Assembly: GCA_963821395.1 (NCBI GenBank)
Contig: CAWGDY010000013.1
Span: 68,113 to 132,112, forward strand
From: Vicinamibacterales bacterium
Lineage (GTDB): Bacteria; Acidobacteriota; Vicinamibacteria; Vicinamibacterales; JAMQPK01
Direction of reading: 5' to 3'
Length of the DNA: 64,000 nt
Under the pieces are notes generated by a model. The model worked only from the letters and a program-made list of their open reading frames with translations. It did no database searches and had not been told where the DNA came from. This document shows, piece after piece, positions 1-11,024 of this stretch. How positions within the stretch are numbered: position 1 is the stretch's first letter; every line of letters starts with the position of its first letter. The position numbers and the translations under genes are program-made.

Positions 1-1
1 C

Positions 2-262
2 GACTCGGCGACATACGGCAAATGGCACTCCGTCGAGCTGACCGCCGACAACGGCCGTATGCTGTTCGTGCCTCGCGGCTGCGCGCATGGCTTTCAAACG
101 CTGGAGGACACGTCGGAGGTGACGTATCTCATTTCGGAGTCCTATCACCCGGAGTCGGCTCGAGGCGTCCGGTGGAACGACCCGGCGTTTGGGATCGACT
201 GGCCGTTACCGGTGTCGGTGATGTCGAACGCAGACCGCTCTTACGCTGATTTCGCCCTGTGA
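2..262 (+). CDS. NDP-4-keto-6-deoxyhexose 3,5-epimerase-like cupin (RmlC type), C-terminal part; gene starts upstream of the window
   Basis: Open frame from the window edge: DSATYGKWHSVELTADNGRMLFVPRGCAHGFQTLEDTSEVTYLISESYHPESARGVRWNDPAFGIDWP, the typical RmlC cupin core. The stop overlaps the next start (GTGA). Confidence 0.85.
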   Translation, partial: DSATYGKWHSVELTADNGRMLFVPRGCAHGFQTLEDTSEVTYLISESYHPESARGVRWNDPAFGIDWPLPVSVMSNADRSYADFAL

Positions 263-1173
263 AAACCGTGCTCGTGACGGGTGGCGCCGGGTTCATCGGA
301 AGGCACTGTCTGACTAGACTTGTCGAGGGCGGCTACGACGTACATGCGGTTTCGAGGGCTGCAGACCACCCGGCGGCGGCCGGCGTCGAGTGGCACGTCG
401 CAGATCTCCTGGAAAACGGGTCTGCCCACAGGCTCATTCGGACGGTTCGGCCGACGCATCTGCTCCATCTTGCATGGTGCACCGAGCACGGCGCCTTTTG
501 GACCTCTCCCAGGAACCTGGAATGGGTCGGGGCCAGCCTGTCTCTGGTGAGAGAGTTCTGCGAGGCGGGGGCTGCGGAGCGACTGGTGGCTGCCGGCACG
601 TGCGCCGAGTACGCCTGGCAATCGGGCACCTGCATCGAGAATCAGACCAGCTGTGTTCCGTCCACGCTTTACGGCACCAGCAAACACGGCCTCCACGTCA
701 TTCTCGAACGCTACATGGCGCAAACCAGCGTCAGCTGCGCGTGGGGCCGTCTGTTTCTGCTTTACGGCCCCGATGAGCATCCGAAGCGATTGATCTCGTC
801 AGTCACGCGTTCCCTTTTGGCCGACGAACCTGCGCTCTGCACGCATGGAAACCAGATTCGCGACCTCCTGTACGTGGCTGATGCAGCCGAGGCGTTCGTG
901 ACGCTTCTCGACAGCGACGCACCGGGCGCCTTCAACATTGGTTCCGGTCGGCCGGTCAGACTTGCCGATGCCATCCACCAGCTCGCGTCGCAGCTGGGTC
1001 GGCCTGAACTGGTGCGACTCGGCGCGCTGCCACCGCGCGACGAGCCCGAGATACTGACCGCCGACATCACGCGGCTGCGTTCGCTCGGCTGGTCGCCACG
1101 CCATTCTCTGAAGGATGGCTTGAAGCTCACGATCGACTGGTGGATCGACCAGCGGCGCCTCGAACCCCGATGA
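259..1173 (+). CDS. NAD-dependent sugar epimerase/reductase (extended SDR)
   Basis: N-terminal Rossmann motif VLVTGGAGFIGRH, YGTSK catalytic region, 304 aa. Start and stop both overlap the neighbouring genes. Confidence 0.85.
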   Translation: MKTVLVTGGAGFIGRHCLTRLVEGGYDVHAVSRAADHPAAAGVEWHVADLLENGSAHRLIRTVRPTHLLHLAWCTEHGAFWTSPRNLEWVGASLSLVREFCEAGAAERLVAAGTCAEYAWQSGTCIENQTSCVPSTLYGTSKHGLHVILERYMAQTSVSCAWGRLFLLYGPDEHPKRLISSVTRSLLADEPALCTHGNQIRDLLYVADAAEAFVTLLDSDAPGAFNIGSGRPVRLADAIHQLASQLGRPELVRLGALPPRDEPEILTADITRLRSLGWSPRHSLKDGLKLTIDWWIDQRRLEPR

Positions 1174-2339
1174 GCGGGTCACGGCCGTGTCCGGTCTGTT
1201 CGGCGGACGAGCCAGTGGTGTTTCTTTCGCGGCTGCAGGTACCTGCCCACCAGCACCAGTTGTGCGATTCCATCGAGGCTGCCAGAGGCGTCGTCAAGGG
1301 GGATCTGCGACTGGCCTGCTGCAAAGCATGCGGCTTCGTGTTCAACGAAACGTTCGACGGCTCCAGGCTTCAGTACGGCGATCTCTACGACAACAGCCAG
1401 GAACATTCCACGGCATTCAAGGAATACACGCGAGATCTCGTCAGGTACCTGATTGAAGAACGGGGGATCGTGAACTCCAGGATCGTCGAGGTCGGCTGCG
1501 GCCAGGGCAACTTTCTGCGCGCGCTGGTCGCCGCCGATCCGGGCAACTCCGGCTACGGATTCGACCCGAGCTATCAAGGACCCGAAGGAGACAGCGGAGA
1601 GCGGATCGCGTTTCAGAAACGCTTCTACGATCGCGACTGTGCGCAGATCGAGGCTGATGTGGTGATATGCCGGCATGTCATCGAGCACGTTCCCGATCCG
1701 CTCGCGTTGCTTCGCTCGATTCGCGCCGCGCTGCGGCACTCTCCCGGAGCCCGGGTCTTCTTTGAGACGCCGTGCCTCGAGTGGATCCTGCGCAATCACG
1801 TGATCTGGGACCTCTTCTACGAGCATTGTTCCTACTTCACGGTGGGCTCATTGGCGGAAGCGTTTCGGCGCTCGGGCTTCCACGCAGACAAGCTGGTGCA
1901 CGTCTTCTCGGGACAGTATCTCTGGCTCGAGGCGTCAGTCGGCGATTCGGATCTCTTACACGATCCGGAACACGGCGTGCGGGTCCTTCAACTTGCCCTG
2001 GTGTATGGCGAACACGAAGCGCGCCTGTGTGAAGCCTGGAAGGCCCGGATCGACAATCTGCGGCGTCTGGGTTCGGTCGCCGTCTGGGGAGCGGGCGCGA
2101 AAGGCGTGACGTTTACGAACCTCGTCGATCCCGTTGGAGAGAGCCTAGATTGCATCGTCGATCTGAATCCCCGCAAGCAGGGGCGTTTCCTGCCCGGCAC
2201 AGGGCACCCGATCGTCAGCCCTCGAGATCTCAATGCGCGGAGCATCCGGCACGCGCTACTCATGAACCCGAACTATCGAGACGAGAACGTTCAGCTGATT
2301 CGCGAAGCCGGTCTCGATGTGAACCTTGTAGATGGGTGA
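1170..2339 (+). CDS. NDP-hexose C-methyltransferase-like class I SAM methyltransferase with N-terminal Zn ribbon
   Basis: CPVC...CKAC zinc ribbon, SAM motif VEVGCGQGNFL, and a C-terminal VAVWGAGAKG nucleotide-fold domain as in TylC3-type sugar C-methyltransferases. ATGA overlap with the upstream stop supports the start at 1170. Confidence 0.75.
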   Translation: MSGSRPCPVCSADEPVVFLSRLQVPAHQHQLCDSIEAARGVVKGDLRLACCKACGFVFNETFDGSRLQYGDLYDNSQEHSTAFKEYTRDLVRYLIEERGIVNSRIVEVGCGQGNFLRALVAADPGNSGYGFDPSYQGPEGDSGERIAFQKRFYDRDCAQIEADVVICRHVIEHVPDPLALLRSIRAALRHSPGARVFFETPCLEWILRNHVIWDLFYEHCSYFTVGSLAEAFRRSGFHADKLVHVFSGQYLWLEASVGDSDLLHDPEHGVRVLQLALVYGEHEARLCEAWKARIDNLRRLGSVAVWGAGAKGVTFTNLVDPVGESLDCIVDLNPRKQGRFLPGTGHPIVSPRDLNARSIRHALLMNPNYRDENVQLIREAGLDVNLVDG

Positions 2340-2341
2340 CC

Positions 2342-3109
2342 ATGCGACTGACGATTGACACAGAGACGCGGTTGTTGACGTGCGAGGACGCTCAGCAGAG
2401 TCGCGATCTGCCACTGTATTCGAAAGAGGCGTTTGAAATCATTTCGCGTGAGTGGCTCCGCATGGCGTGGGAGCGGAAGTATACGTACACCTTCACGTGG
2501 CTGGGCCGTCCGATCATTCAGTTGCCGGAAGATCTCCTCCGCGTGCAGGAGGTGATTTACGCGCTCAAGCCAGATGTCATCGTGGAGACAGGCGTTGCGC
2601 ACGGGGGTTCGCTGATCTTCTATGCGAGCCTGTGCCGTCTCATCGGCAAGGGCCGGATCATCGGCGTCGATGTGCATATCAAACCGACGAACCGGGATGC
2701 CATCGAACGGCACGAACTGTCAGGCTCGATCACGCTTATCGAGGGGGATTCGACGTCGCCGGCCGTCATCGATCGCGTCAGAAGCCTGGTACGTCCGCAC
2801 GAGACAGTCCTGGTGCTCCTCGATTCGGCACACAATCGCGAGCATGTCCTGAATGAGCTGTCCGCGTATTCGCCGCTCGTCACGGCAGGTTCGTACATCG
2901 TGGCGACCGACGGAGTGATGAAGGATCTCGCGGATGTTCCCAGGGGGAAGGCCGAGTGGACCCGGGACAACCCGACGGAGGCGGCCGCCGAGTTCGCCCG
3001 TCATCATCCTGAGTTCCGGATTGAGCCTCCCGCCTGGGTGTTCAACGAAAGCGACCTCAACCATCCGATCACGCACTGGCCCGGGGCGTGGCTTCATCGA
3101 ATCGCCTAG
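2342..3109 (+). CDS. CmcI (cephalosporin hydroxylase) family methyltransferase, rhamnosyl O-methyltransferase-like
   Basis: WLGRPIIQLPEDLLRVQEVIYALKPDVIVETGVAHGGSLIFYA matches the CmcI family signature. The ORF-track start at 2150 is an R/S-rich extension, so the ATG at 2342 was chosen. Confidence 0.8.
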   Translation: MRLTIDTETRLLTCEDAQQSRDLPLYSKEAFEIISREWLRMAWERKYTYTFTWLGRPIIQLPEDLLRVQEVIYALKPDVIVETGVAHGGSLIFYASLCRLIGKGRIIGVDVHIKPTNRDAIERHELSGSITLIEGDSTSPAVIDRVRSLVRPHETVLVLLDSAHNREHVLNELSAYSPLVTAGSYIVATDGVMKDLADVPRGKAEWTRDNPTEAAAEFARHHPEFRIEPPAWVFNESDLNHPITHWPGAWLHRIA

Positions 3110-3152
3110 TGACTCAGCTGCGGTAGTCCATCGTCCGGTTTGGTTCTTCCGA

Positions 3153-4400
3153 ATGCCATTCGTCTCCGTCGTGGTACCAACTCGCAATAGGCCGGAATTC
3201 GTCCGTTCGGCTCTGAAGAGTCTACGGAACCAGACTTTCGAGGATTTCGAGGTCATCGTCGTCGACAATCACACGGGGAAACCCTGCCGGGCTGTCTTCG
3301 AGGAGATCGCGGACGCCCGTTTTCGTTACATTGTTCCTTCGCATCCTCTCCCAATGCATGACAACTGGGAGCTCGGCGTCCGCCATACCGTCGGGACGTA
3401 TGTCGCGGTCCTGATCGACAAAACAGTGCTCCGTTCACAAACCTTGGAGCTTCTGAACGGCATCGCGCTGCGGCTGTCCGCGGACCTCGTCAGCTGGTGG
3501 GCAGACGCCTACACGTCGAACGATCCTGGAAGCGGCGGCAATTCACAGGGCGTATGCCATCCGTGGCCCCGGCCAGTTCGAGCGCCCCAGGTGTTCGATT
3601 CTCGTGACGAGCTCGCGCGGCGATTCCGTATGGACGTGCGTCGCGGCAACGAGGGCGAGAACTATTTCCTGGGCAAGATCTGTTTCGGGGCGTACCGGCG
3701 CGATCTGATCGACAGGATCGTGTCTTCCGTAGGTCGTCTCTTTTTTCCCCTGGCACCTGACTACACATCCATGTTGTCTGCTCTGGCTCTTTCGAGGAGG
3801 CCCGTGAATGCCGGACGTCCCGGCCTCGTGCAGAGCATCAGCCACGTTTCCAATGGATGGAGTATGGCGCACAGTCCAGAGCACGCGCGCACTTTCATTG
3901 AGGAGACCGATCCGAGTGGCGCCATCATCGAGGCGCTGCCGATCCCTGGACTCTACACTTCAGTCCACAATCTCGTCGGCTACGATTATCAAGCCATGCG
4001 ACGGCGGCTCGATGATGCATTTCCCGGAGTCCGCCTCGATATGGCCAACTTGGTTGTACGTGCCGCTGAGGACTTGGAGGATGTCGGATGGACCGACGCC
4101 GCGCTGAGACTCGAACAACGGACTCTGTTGCGCAACTACGCGGATGCGTTGGTGCCGTCCGAAGAGCTCCAGCGTTCTCTTCGCCGACACATAAGGGCTC
4201 ACGGGTGGAGACGTTTGAAGATGACGGTGCGCCGCGGCATCGTTGGCCTACCTCTGGGAAATGCCGTTCTCCATCTTGGGTACGGGGCCTTGTCGAACAT
4301 CGTCAGAAGGCCCGGCGGCACGTCTGGTCCGAAGCAATTCACGTCGGTCCTTGCAGCCGCCGAAGACCCGCTCCTCGATCTTGACGCGAGCGTCAAATGA
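3153..4400 (+). CDS. Family 2 glycosyltransferase with C-terminal extension
   Basis: MPFVSVVVPTRNRPEFVRSALKSLRNQTFEDFEVIVVDN is a classic GT2 N-terminus. The upstream ORF extension was rejected. Confidence 0.85.
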   Translation: MPFVSVVVPTRNRPEFVRSALKSLRNQTFEDFEVIVVDNHTGKPCRAVFEEIADARFRYIVPSHPLPMHDNWELGVRHTVGTYVAVLIDKTVLRSQTLELLNGIALRLSADLVSWWADAYTSNDPGSGGNSQGVCHPWPRPVRAPQVFDSRDELARRFRMDVRRGNEGENYFLGKICFGAYRRDLIDRIVSSVGRLFFPLAPDYTSMLSALALSRRPVNAGRPGLVQSISHVSNGWSMAHSPEHARTFIEETDPSGAIIEALPIPGLYTSVHNLVGYDYQAMRRRLDDAFPGVRLDMANLVVRAAEDLEDVGWTDAALRLEQRTLLRNYADALVPSEELQRSLRRHIRAHGWRRLKMTVRRGIVGLPLGNAVLHLGYGALSNIVRRPGGTSGPKQFTSVLAAAEDPLLDLDASVK

Positions 4401-5224
4401 TCCAGACGTCGCTGTCGGCGCCCCGTGATGTCACGGCGCGGAACATCAGGTTCTGGGAGGAGTTGTGTGGCAGCACCTTGGCTCGCTCGCTCAACATCAC
4501 CGACGCCTCGGCGCCTTCACTCGCCAGGTTCGATCGCGCCTATCTCCATTTCTACCCGTATCTCCTCCGTCACATCGAGCCGTTGGCGTTACGAAACAGA
4601 CGCGTAGTCGAGGTCGGACTCGGCTATGGCACGGTCGGGCAGCGGTTACTCGAGGCGGGCGCAACCTATACAGGGATTGATGTCGCTTCTGGTCCGATCG
4701 CGATGATCAACCATCGCGCGCGGCTGATCGGGCTGCCGGTGTGCGGGATCCGCGGAAGCGCGAGCGACCTGCCTGTGTCCAATGAGAGCGTCGACTGTCT
4801 GATTTCTATCGGCTGCTTCCATCACACCGGATCAGTCGAACAATGCATCCGCGAAACGCACCGAGCGCTCAAGCCCGGTGGCGTCGCCATCGTCATGCTC
4901 TACAACCGGTTTTCGTACCGCCAGTGGCTCCGCTGGCCTCTCAACACAGCATGGGCGTTGTGGCAGGCCGGACCTGAGACTGCGATTGCAGGTGGAACTG
5001 TTGATCAGCGTCACAGGTATGATGCCAATGTGAACGGCGATGCAGCTCCTGAGACAGTGTTCCTGGGGATCCGGCAGGTCAAGCGGATCTTTGCGGCGTT
5101 TCAGTCGGTAGAAGTAACAAGGGAAAACAATTCGAATCTGCTTCGGATTATCCCGCGACGGGCGCTGCTGACAACTCTCGGCAGAACTGCGGGTTTAGAT
5201 CTGTACGTCCGGGCGGTCAAGTGA
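4397..5224 (+). CDS. Class I SAM-dependent methyltransferase (type 11)
   Basis: VVEVGLGYGTVGQRLLEAGATYTGIDV motif I, LKPGGVAIV motif. ATGA overlap with the GT2 stop. Confidence 0.8.
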   Translation: MIQTSLSAPRDVTARNIRFWEELCGSTLARSLNITDASAPSLARFDRAYLHFYPYLLRHIEPLALRNRRVVEVGLGYGTVGQRLLEAGATYTGIDVASGPIAMINHRARLIGLPVCGIRGSASDLPVSNESVDCLISIGCFHHTGSVEQCIRETHRALKPGGVAIVMLYNRFSYRQWLRWPLNTAWALWQAGPETAIAGGTVDQRHRYDANVNGDAAPETVFLGIRQVKRIFAAFQSVEVTRENNSNLLRIIPRRALLTTLGRTAGLDLYVRAVK

Positions 5225-6498
5225 TGAGCGCCACAAATCATCGTGCTCAAGAGCGGGGCGGCATTGTCCTCCTTTATCATCGTCCCCTGGGCCGAGGCGC
5301 GGCAACGATCGAGGAGCACGTCGGGTCGTTCGCCAGGTATTCGCGGTACCGAGTATGGAGCATTAACACGGCACTTGGATTTCCTGCGGCGCTGAGTGGA
5401 GTGCCGTGCGACACGATTGTCCTTCATTATTCGCTTTTCGGTATCTGGCCATATGTTCTGGATGATTTCGTCCACTGGGTATCCGCATCAGCCGCCTACA
5501 AGGTAGCCTTCTTCCAAGACGAGCACCGGTTCTGCGCCAAGCGATTCGAGTTTCTGAACGAGCATCGCGTCGATGCCGTTTACTCCTGCCTCGAACTCGG
5601 AGATGCACACAAGGTGTACGGGGCCCGCACCAAGGTCAGACACCTGCACAACACCATTCCAGGTTACGTTAGTGATGACCTCATTGCGCAGGCCGAGCGA
5701 CTGACGATTCCGGACGATCAACGACCATTCGACATCGGTTACCGCGGGCGACAACTCGCTTACTACATGGGTCGAGGTGGGCAGGAGAAGTACATCATCG
5801 GACTGGAAGTTCTGAACCGGGCCGGCGCGGCAGGCCTGAAGGTGGACATCGATTCATCGGAGAGTGCTCGACTCTACGGAGATGCCTGGTATCGGTTCAT
5901 GGCGAACGCCCGTGGAACACTGGGGGTCGAATCTGGCGTGTCTATTTTCGATATCGACGATGTGGTGAGACCGGCGTGCGATCAATATCTCGCCGAACAT
6001 CGGAGTGCAAGCTTCGAAGAAGTGAATGCAGCAGTATTGGCGCCCTGGGAGAACAACATTCCCTACCGAACCATCAGCCCACGCCACTTCGATGCGGCGG
6101 CCTTTCGCGTGTGCCAGATTCTGTTCGAGGGACGCTATTCGGGCATCATGCGTCCCATGGAGCATTACATTCCGCTGAAGAAAGATTTCTCGAACTGGAA
6201 TGAAGTAGTTGCGCTCTTTTCAGATGCGTCTTTGCGATACAGGTTGACCGAACGCGCCTATGTCGACCTGATCGCTTCGGGACGTTACACCTATCAACGG
6301 TTTATCGAGGCGTTCGATGAGAATCTGCGGCTTGCGGGTCGGACGCCGGCGATCCGGATGAGGCGCGATCCTGTGCAGGACATCCTGCACGGCTCGTGGA
6401 CTGGACATTGCCGGGCGGTCGCTATCTGGGCTTTGCGTCGCCCGTTTCCTGGACGGACTGCGGCAGTAAAGTTGGTGCAACGCTTGGCCGGGCGCTGA
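5221..6498 (+). CDS. Hypothetical protein, possibly a CgeB-type glycosyltransferase-like protein
   Basis: Intact 425 aa ORF coupled (GTGATG) to the upstream gene. The C-terminal half (ISPRHFDAAAFRVCQILFEGRYSGIMRPMEHYIPLKKDFSN) resembles CgeB/GT1-like domains. The family call is weak. Confidence 0.45.
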   Translation: MMSATNHRAQERGGIVLLYHRPLGRGAATIEEHVGSFARYSRYRVWSINTALGFPAALSGVPCDTIVLHYSLFGIWPYVLDDFVHWVSASAAYKVAFFQDEHRFCAKRFEFLNEHRVDAVYSCLELGDAHKVYGARTKVRHLHNTIPGYVSDDLIAQAERLTIPDDQRPFDIGYRGRQLAYYMGRGGQEKYIIGLEVLNRAGAAGLKVDIDSSESARLYGDAWYRFMANARGTLGVESGVSIFDIDDVVRPACDQYLAEHRSASFEEVNAAVLAPWENNIPYRTISPRHFDAAAFRVCQILFEGRYSGIMRPMEHYIPLKKDFSNWNEVVALFSDASLRYRLTERAYVDLIASGRYTYQRFIEAFDENLRLAGRTPAIRMRRDPVQDILHGSWTGHCRAVAIWALRRPFPGRTAAVKLVQRLAGR

Positions 6499-6555
6499 AA
6501 AGGTGTATGGCCCCCTGGCCTACTCGCCTGGGGTGTCGCTTCGTCGAATCGTCCA

Positions 6556-8091
6556 GTGACTCAGGTCAATAGAAACCTCCTCGCGAATGTTGCGGGCGCC
6601 GCCTGGTTGGCGCTGCTCGGCATCGCATTCGTGCCCGTCTACATCAAGCACCTCGGTATCGAGGCGTACGGCCTCATCGGGGCGTTCACCGCAATTCAAT
6701 CGTTCTCCGTATTGGTCGATGCGGGCCTTAGCACAACACTCAACCGCGAACTGGCGCGTCTCTCAATCGATCGCCACAACGCCAAAACAATGCGCGATTT
6801 GGTCCGGACGCTCGAAATCGTGTACTGGACCCTCGCCGTGTTGGCTGCTGCCGTCTCCGTACTCATCGCACCTGCCGCGGCTCGGCAGTGGGTACAACCC
6901 GAGCGTCTGTCGCCAGGTGAAGTCTCGCGCGCCTTGATGTTAATGGGGGTCAACTTCGCCTTCATCTGGCCTTCCACCGTGTACCAGGGCGGACTGGTAG
7001 GTTTGCAGTTGCAGGTTCGACTCAATATTCTGACGTCAATTCTCGGCACTCTCCGGATACTGGGTGCCGCCGCGGTTCTCCTCCTGGTGAGTCCAACGCT
7101 CGACGCTTTCTTTATCTGGCAAATTGTTGTGAGTCTGCTTCACACCGCGGGTCTCGCGTGTCTGTTGTGGAGCGGTCTCCCGCGCGGCGTACGCGCGGCG
7201 AGGTTCAGCCTGGCCAGGCTGACCGCCGTTCGCAGGTTTGCCACCGGCGTCGTCGGCATCACCTTGCTGGCGCTGTTGCTCCAGCAGACGGACAAGTTGA
7301 TCCTCAGTAACCTGTTAAGTCTCACTTCATTCGGTTACTACACGTTCGCTGCTGTCGTGGCGGGATCGCTTGCCCGCATCGTCGGACCCATCCATACGAC
7401 ATTCTTCCCACGCTTCACGGAACTCGTCAGTCATGGCCGCAGCTCAGAGCTCACAAGGATTTACCATCGGGCTTGCCAGGTCGTTTCCGTCGCTGTCTTG
7501 CCTGTCGCAGTAGTTCTGGCGACCTTTGCACCGGAAATCGTACGGCTTTGGACCAGGAACCCTGACCTCGTCGCCAATACCCCACGCCTGGTTACAATCC
7601 TCGTCATTGGCAATGCCCTTCACGCCCTTCTCTATCTTCCCTACGCGCTTCAGTTGGCGCACGGCTGGACCCGACTGGCATTTCTCTCGAACCTGACTGG
7701 AGTCGCGGTGCTCGTGCCGGGAATCTTCGTCGCGACCGCTCATTGGGAGGCGCTGGGCGCAGCGCTGATCTGGGTCGCGCTGACAGCTGCTTACGTGTTC
7801 GTGCACATTCCGATGATGCATCGCAGGCTGCTCCCCGGCGAAGCTGGCGTCTGGTACGTCGACGATGTGGGGAAGCCGCTGGGTGCCTGCCTGATCACCA
7901 CGTGGATCGGATGGTGGCTCGTTCGCGGTCTCCGGGATGGTGCCCCGCTCTTCGCAGCATTGGCGGGAGTCTCCTTGGCATCGTTTGCGGCAGCCGGTCT
8001 GTCCGTTCCCTGGATGCGCGTGTCGGCGTCCACCACGGGGTTGCGCCTTTACTCACGGTGTGCTGCGTGGCTGCGGCTCTCGCCGCAATGA
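6556..8091 (+). CDS. wzx: Polysaccharide/O-unit flippase (Wzx, MOP superfamily)
   Basis: 511 aa with many hydrophobic segments. The N-terminus NLLANVAGAAWLALLGIAFVPVYIKHLGIEAYGLIG is typical of Wzx-type flippases. Confidence 0.8.
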   Translation: MTQVNRNLLANVAGAAWLALLGIAFVPVYIKHLGIEAYGLIGAFTAIQSFSVLVDAGLSTTLNRELARLSIDRHNAKTMRDLVRTLEIVYWTLAVLAAAVSVLIAPAAARQWVQPERLSPGEVSRALMLMGVNFAFIWPSTVYQGGLVGLQLQVRLNILTSILGTLRILGAAAVLLLVSPTLDAFFIWQIVVSLLHTAGLACLLWSGLPRGVRAARFSLARLTAVRRFATGVVGITLLALLLQQTDKLILSNLLSLTSFGYYTFAAVVAGSLARIVGPIHTTFFPRFTELVSHGRSSELTRIYHRACQVVSVAVLPVAVVLATFAPEIVRLWTRNPDLVANTPRLVTILVIGNALHALLYLPYALQLAHGWTRLAFLSNLTGVAVLVPGIFVATAHWEALGAALIWVALTAAYVFVHIPMMHRRLLPGEAGVWYVDDVGKPLGACLITTWIGWWLVRGLRDGAPLFAALAGVSLASFAAAGLSVPWMRVSASTTGLRLYSRCAAWLRLSPQ

Positions 8092-8177
8092 ATCGGCGCC
8101 CACGTTCCATCCTGCCGCTCAGCCTCCCGCCGCGTAGCCGAAGAGCCGGTCCCGCCGCCGCCACAAGTCCAGCCGGT

Positions 8178-9170
<993 letters not shown>

Positions 9171-9206
9171 TCGAGGTGGAATTTTACCCCAGAATCTCCG
9201 CGGTGA

Positions 9207-10051
9207 TCAGGCGCCCGGGCGCGACAGGTACCGCCGCAGGGCGTCCTGCCAGGTCGGGATCGGAACAATCCGGCCTAGTTTTTCGTTCGACAACGCAGCA
9301 AACTGCGGCCGTGGTGCGGGCAGCGGGACGTCGGCCACCGACATCGCAACCAGGCGGGCTTCGCCGTCCTTGCCCATGATGCACGCGATTTCGCGTCCCA
9401 CGTCGAGCCACGTGCCGTAACCCGTTCCGACGCAGTGGTAGAGTCCCGGATCGCCACGCTCGACCAGCGCCTTCGTCGACGCCGCCACATCGACGACATA
9501 GCTCGGCGAGACGCTCCGATCCCGGAACACCTTCGCCTCCTCGCCCCGAGCGATCGCATGGGCGATACGATCGACCGAGCTCTTCGCGTTGGCGCCGCCA
9601 AACAGACTCTCGACGCGCAGAACGAAGGCACGGGGCGCCTCGAGGGCAAACCACTCGCCGAGCAGCTTGGATTGTGCGTACACGCTCTTGCGGATTGGGC
9701 TGGTCCTCCTCACGATAGGGCGCGCTCGCGGCACCGTCGAACACGAAGTCGGAGCTGTAGTGTACGAGGGTCGCCCCGACCTCTGCCGCCGCTCGCGCCA
9801 GGACGCGCACGCGCAAAGGCGTTGACCGTCAACGCCTGCTCGGGCTCCTCCTCGGCCCGATCGACGTTGTTGTACGACGCGCAATTGACGATGAGATCGG
9901 GCCTGTCGGCGGTGACGCGCGTCATGACCGCCTCGAAGTAGGCGACGTCGAGCTCGTCGTGTGAGTATGCGAAGACCTGGGCCGTCTCCTTGTACGCGTT
10001 GATGATGGCGCCGGCGAGTTGTCCGCGCGATCCGGTGATGAGCACTCGCAT
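9207..10051 (-). pseudogene. rfbD: dTDP-4-dehydrorhamnose reductase-like SDR with two frameshifts (near 9812 and 9695)
   Basis: MRVLITGSRGQLAGA...DLIVNCASYNNVDRAEEEPEQALTVNAFA, then VRVLARAAAEVGATLVHYSSDFVFDG, then SVYAQSKLLGEWF...LYHCVGTG, in three different frames. The start overlaps the smpB stop (TAATG). Confidence 0.8.
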
Positions 10052-10530
10052 TAGCGTCTTCTGTCTTTCACCGCTGCCCGTGTCTCTCTGTCCACCTCGC
10101 GCTGCTTGATCGCGTCGCGCTTGTCGTGCGCCTGCTTGCCTTTGGCCAGCGCGAGCGCCACCTTGACGCGCCCGTTCTTGAAATACAGGCGCAGCGGCAC
10201 GAGCGTCATGCCCCGCTCGATTGTTTTTCCGATGAGCTTCCGGATTTCGTGGCTGTGCAGCAGCAGCTTTCGCGCGCGCAGCGGAGGATGGTCGGCGTAT
10301 CCGCGGTGCGAGTAGGGCTGGATGTGCACGTTGTGGACGAACACCTCGCCGTCCTTCACCTGCGCGTAGCTGTCGCGGAGATTCACGCGTCCTTCACGGA
10401 TGGATTTCACTTCGGTGCCGAGCAGCGCCACGCCAGCCTCGAACGTCTCGATGACGTGGTAGTCATGAAACGCCTTACGGTTCTCGGCGATGTTTTTCTG
10501 CGCTGCCTCGCGCGCCGTTTTTTCAGCCAT
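10051..10530 (-). CDS. smpB: SsrA-binding protein SmpB
   Basis: IAENRKAFHDYHVIETFEAGVALLGTEVKSIREGRVNLRDSYA...LLLHSHEIRKL...TLVPLRLYFKNGRVKVALALAKGK, full-length SmpB signature. Confidence 0.95.
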   Translation of the reverse strand: MAEKTAREAAQKNIAENRKAFHDYHVIETFEAGVALLGTEVKSIREGRVNLRDSYAQVKDGEVFVHNVHIQPYSHRGYADHPPLRARKLLLHSHEIRKLIGKTIERGMTLVPLRLYFKNGRVKVALALAKGKQAHDKRDAIKQREVDRETRAAVKDRRR

Positions 10531-10539
10531 GGGTCATGG

Positions 10540-10562
10540 CAGGGCGGAAGCCCTGCGCTACC
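10540..10562. repeat. REP-like hairpin + tail, copy R1
   Basis: CAGGGC-GGAA-GCCCTG-CGCTACC, just upstream of the smpB start. Confidence 0.6.
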
Positions 10563-10680
10563 GTTGACAATTCTGCGCCGGCGCACCCTGTGACGGATTG
10601 AAAGAAATGCGTACGCGGAGCATCACCGTCGTGAATCATACCGGATATTGTTCGGTCCGGTGCTTGCACCGGAAAGCGGC

Positions 10681-10875
10681 ATGAGCGACCGGAAGACAAC
10701 CGCAGAAATGGGTGGCGTGTTTCTTCGCGAAGCAGCCGTGCTGACCGCAGTCTTCATTCCGCTCGATCTGGTGATGATGGGCGAATCGTTGACAGTGGGT
10801 TGGTGGACGGCCATACTCGGGATTGCAGGTGGATTGCTCGCGGCAGGCATGTCGCTCGAGAGGATGAGAAAATGA
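10681..10875 (+). CDS. Small membrane protein (hypothetical)
   Basis: MSDRKTTAEMGGVFLREAAVLTAVFIPLDLVMMGESLTVGWWTAILGIAGGLLAAGM has two hydrophobic helices. The stop overlaps the next start (ATGA). Confidence 0.35.
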   Translation: MSDRKTTAEMGGVFLREAAVLTAVFIPLDLVMMGESLTVGWWTAILGIAGGLLAAGMSLERMRK

Positions 10876-11024
10876 TCGAACACTTGAATCGGCTGGTCAC
10901 CGATCAGGCTCTTCTGGCGATACTGCCTGTTGTCTCGTTGGGCGCCATCGTGGCGATCGTCGGGTTTTACGATATCTGGAGGGAGCGGCGCAACGATCAA
11001 GATCATCGCGCGATCCCGAAATAG
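10872..11024 (+). CDS. Small membrane protein (hypothetical)
   Basis: MIEHLNRLVTDQALLAILPVVSLGAIVAIVGFYDIWRERRNDQDHRAIPK has one TM helix and is translationally coupled to the previous ORF. Confidence 0.3.
   Translation: MIEHLNRLVTDQALLAILPVVSLGAIVAIVGFYDIWRERRNDQDHRAIPK

Noticed and set aside
10531-10680. Expected tmRNA (ssrA) gene next to smpB
   Set aside because: There is no GGGGCTG...tRNA-like acceptor end, no tag-peptide reading frame and no T-arm motif. The region holds only a REP-like hairpin and a small CCGGTGC-TT-GCACCGG stem.
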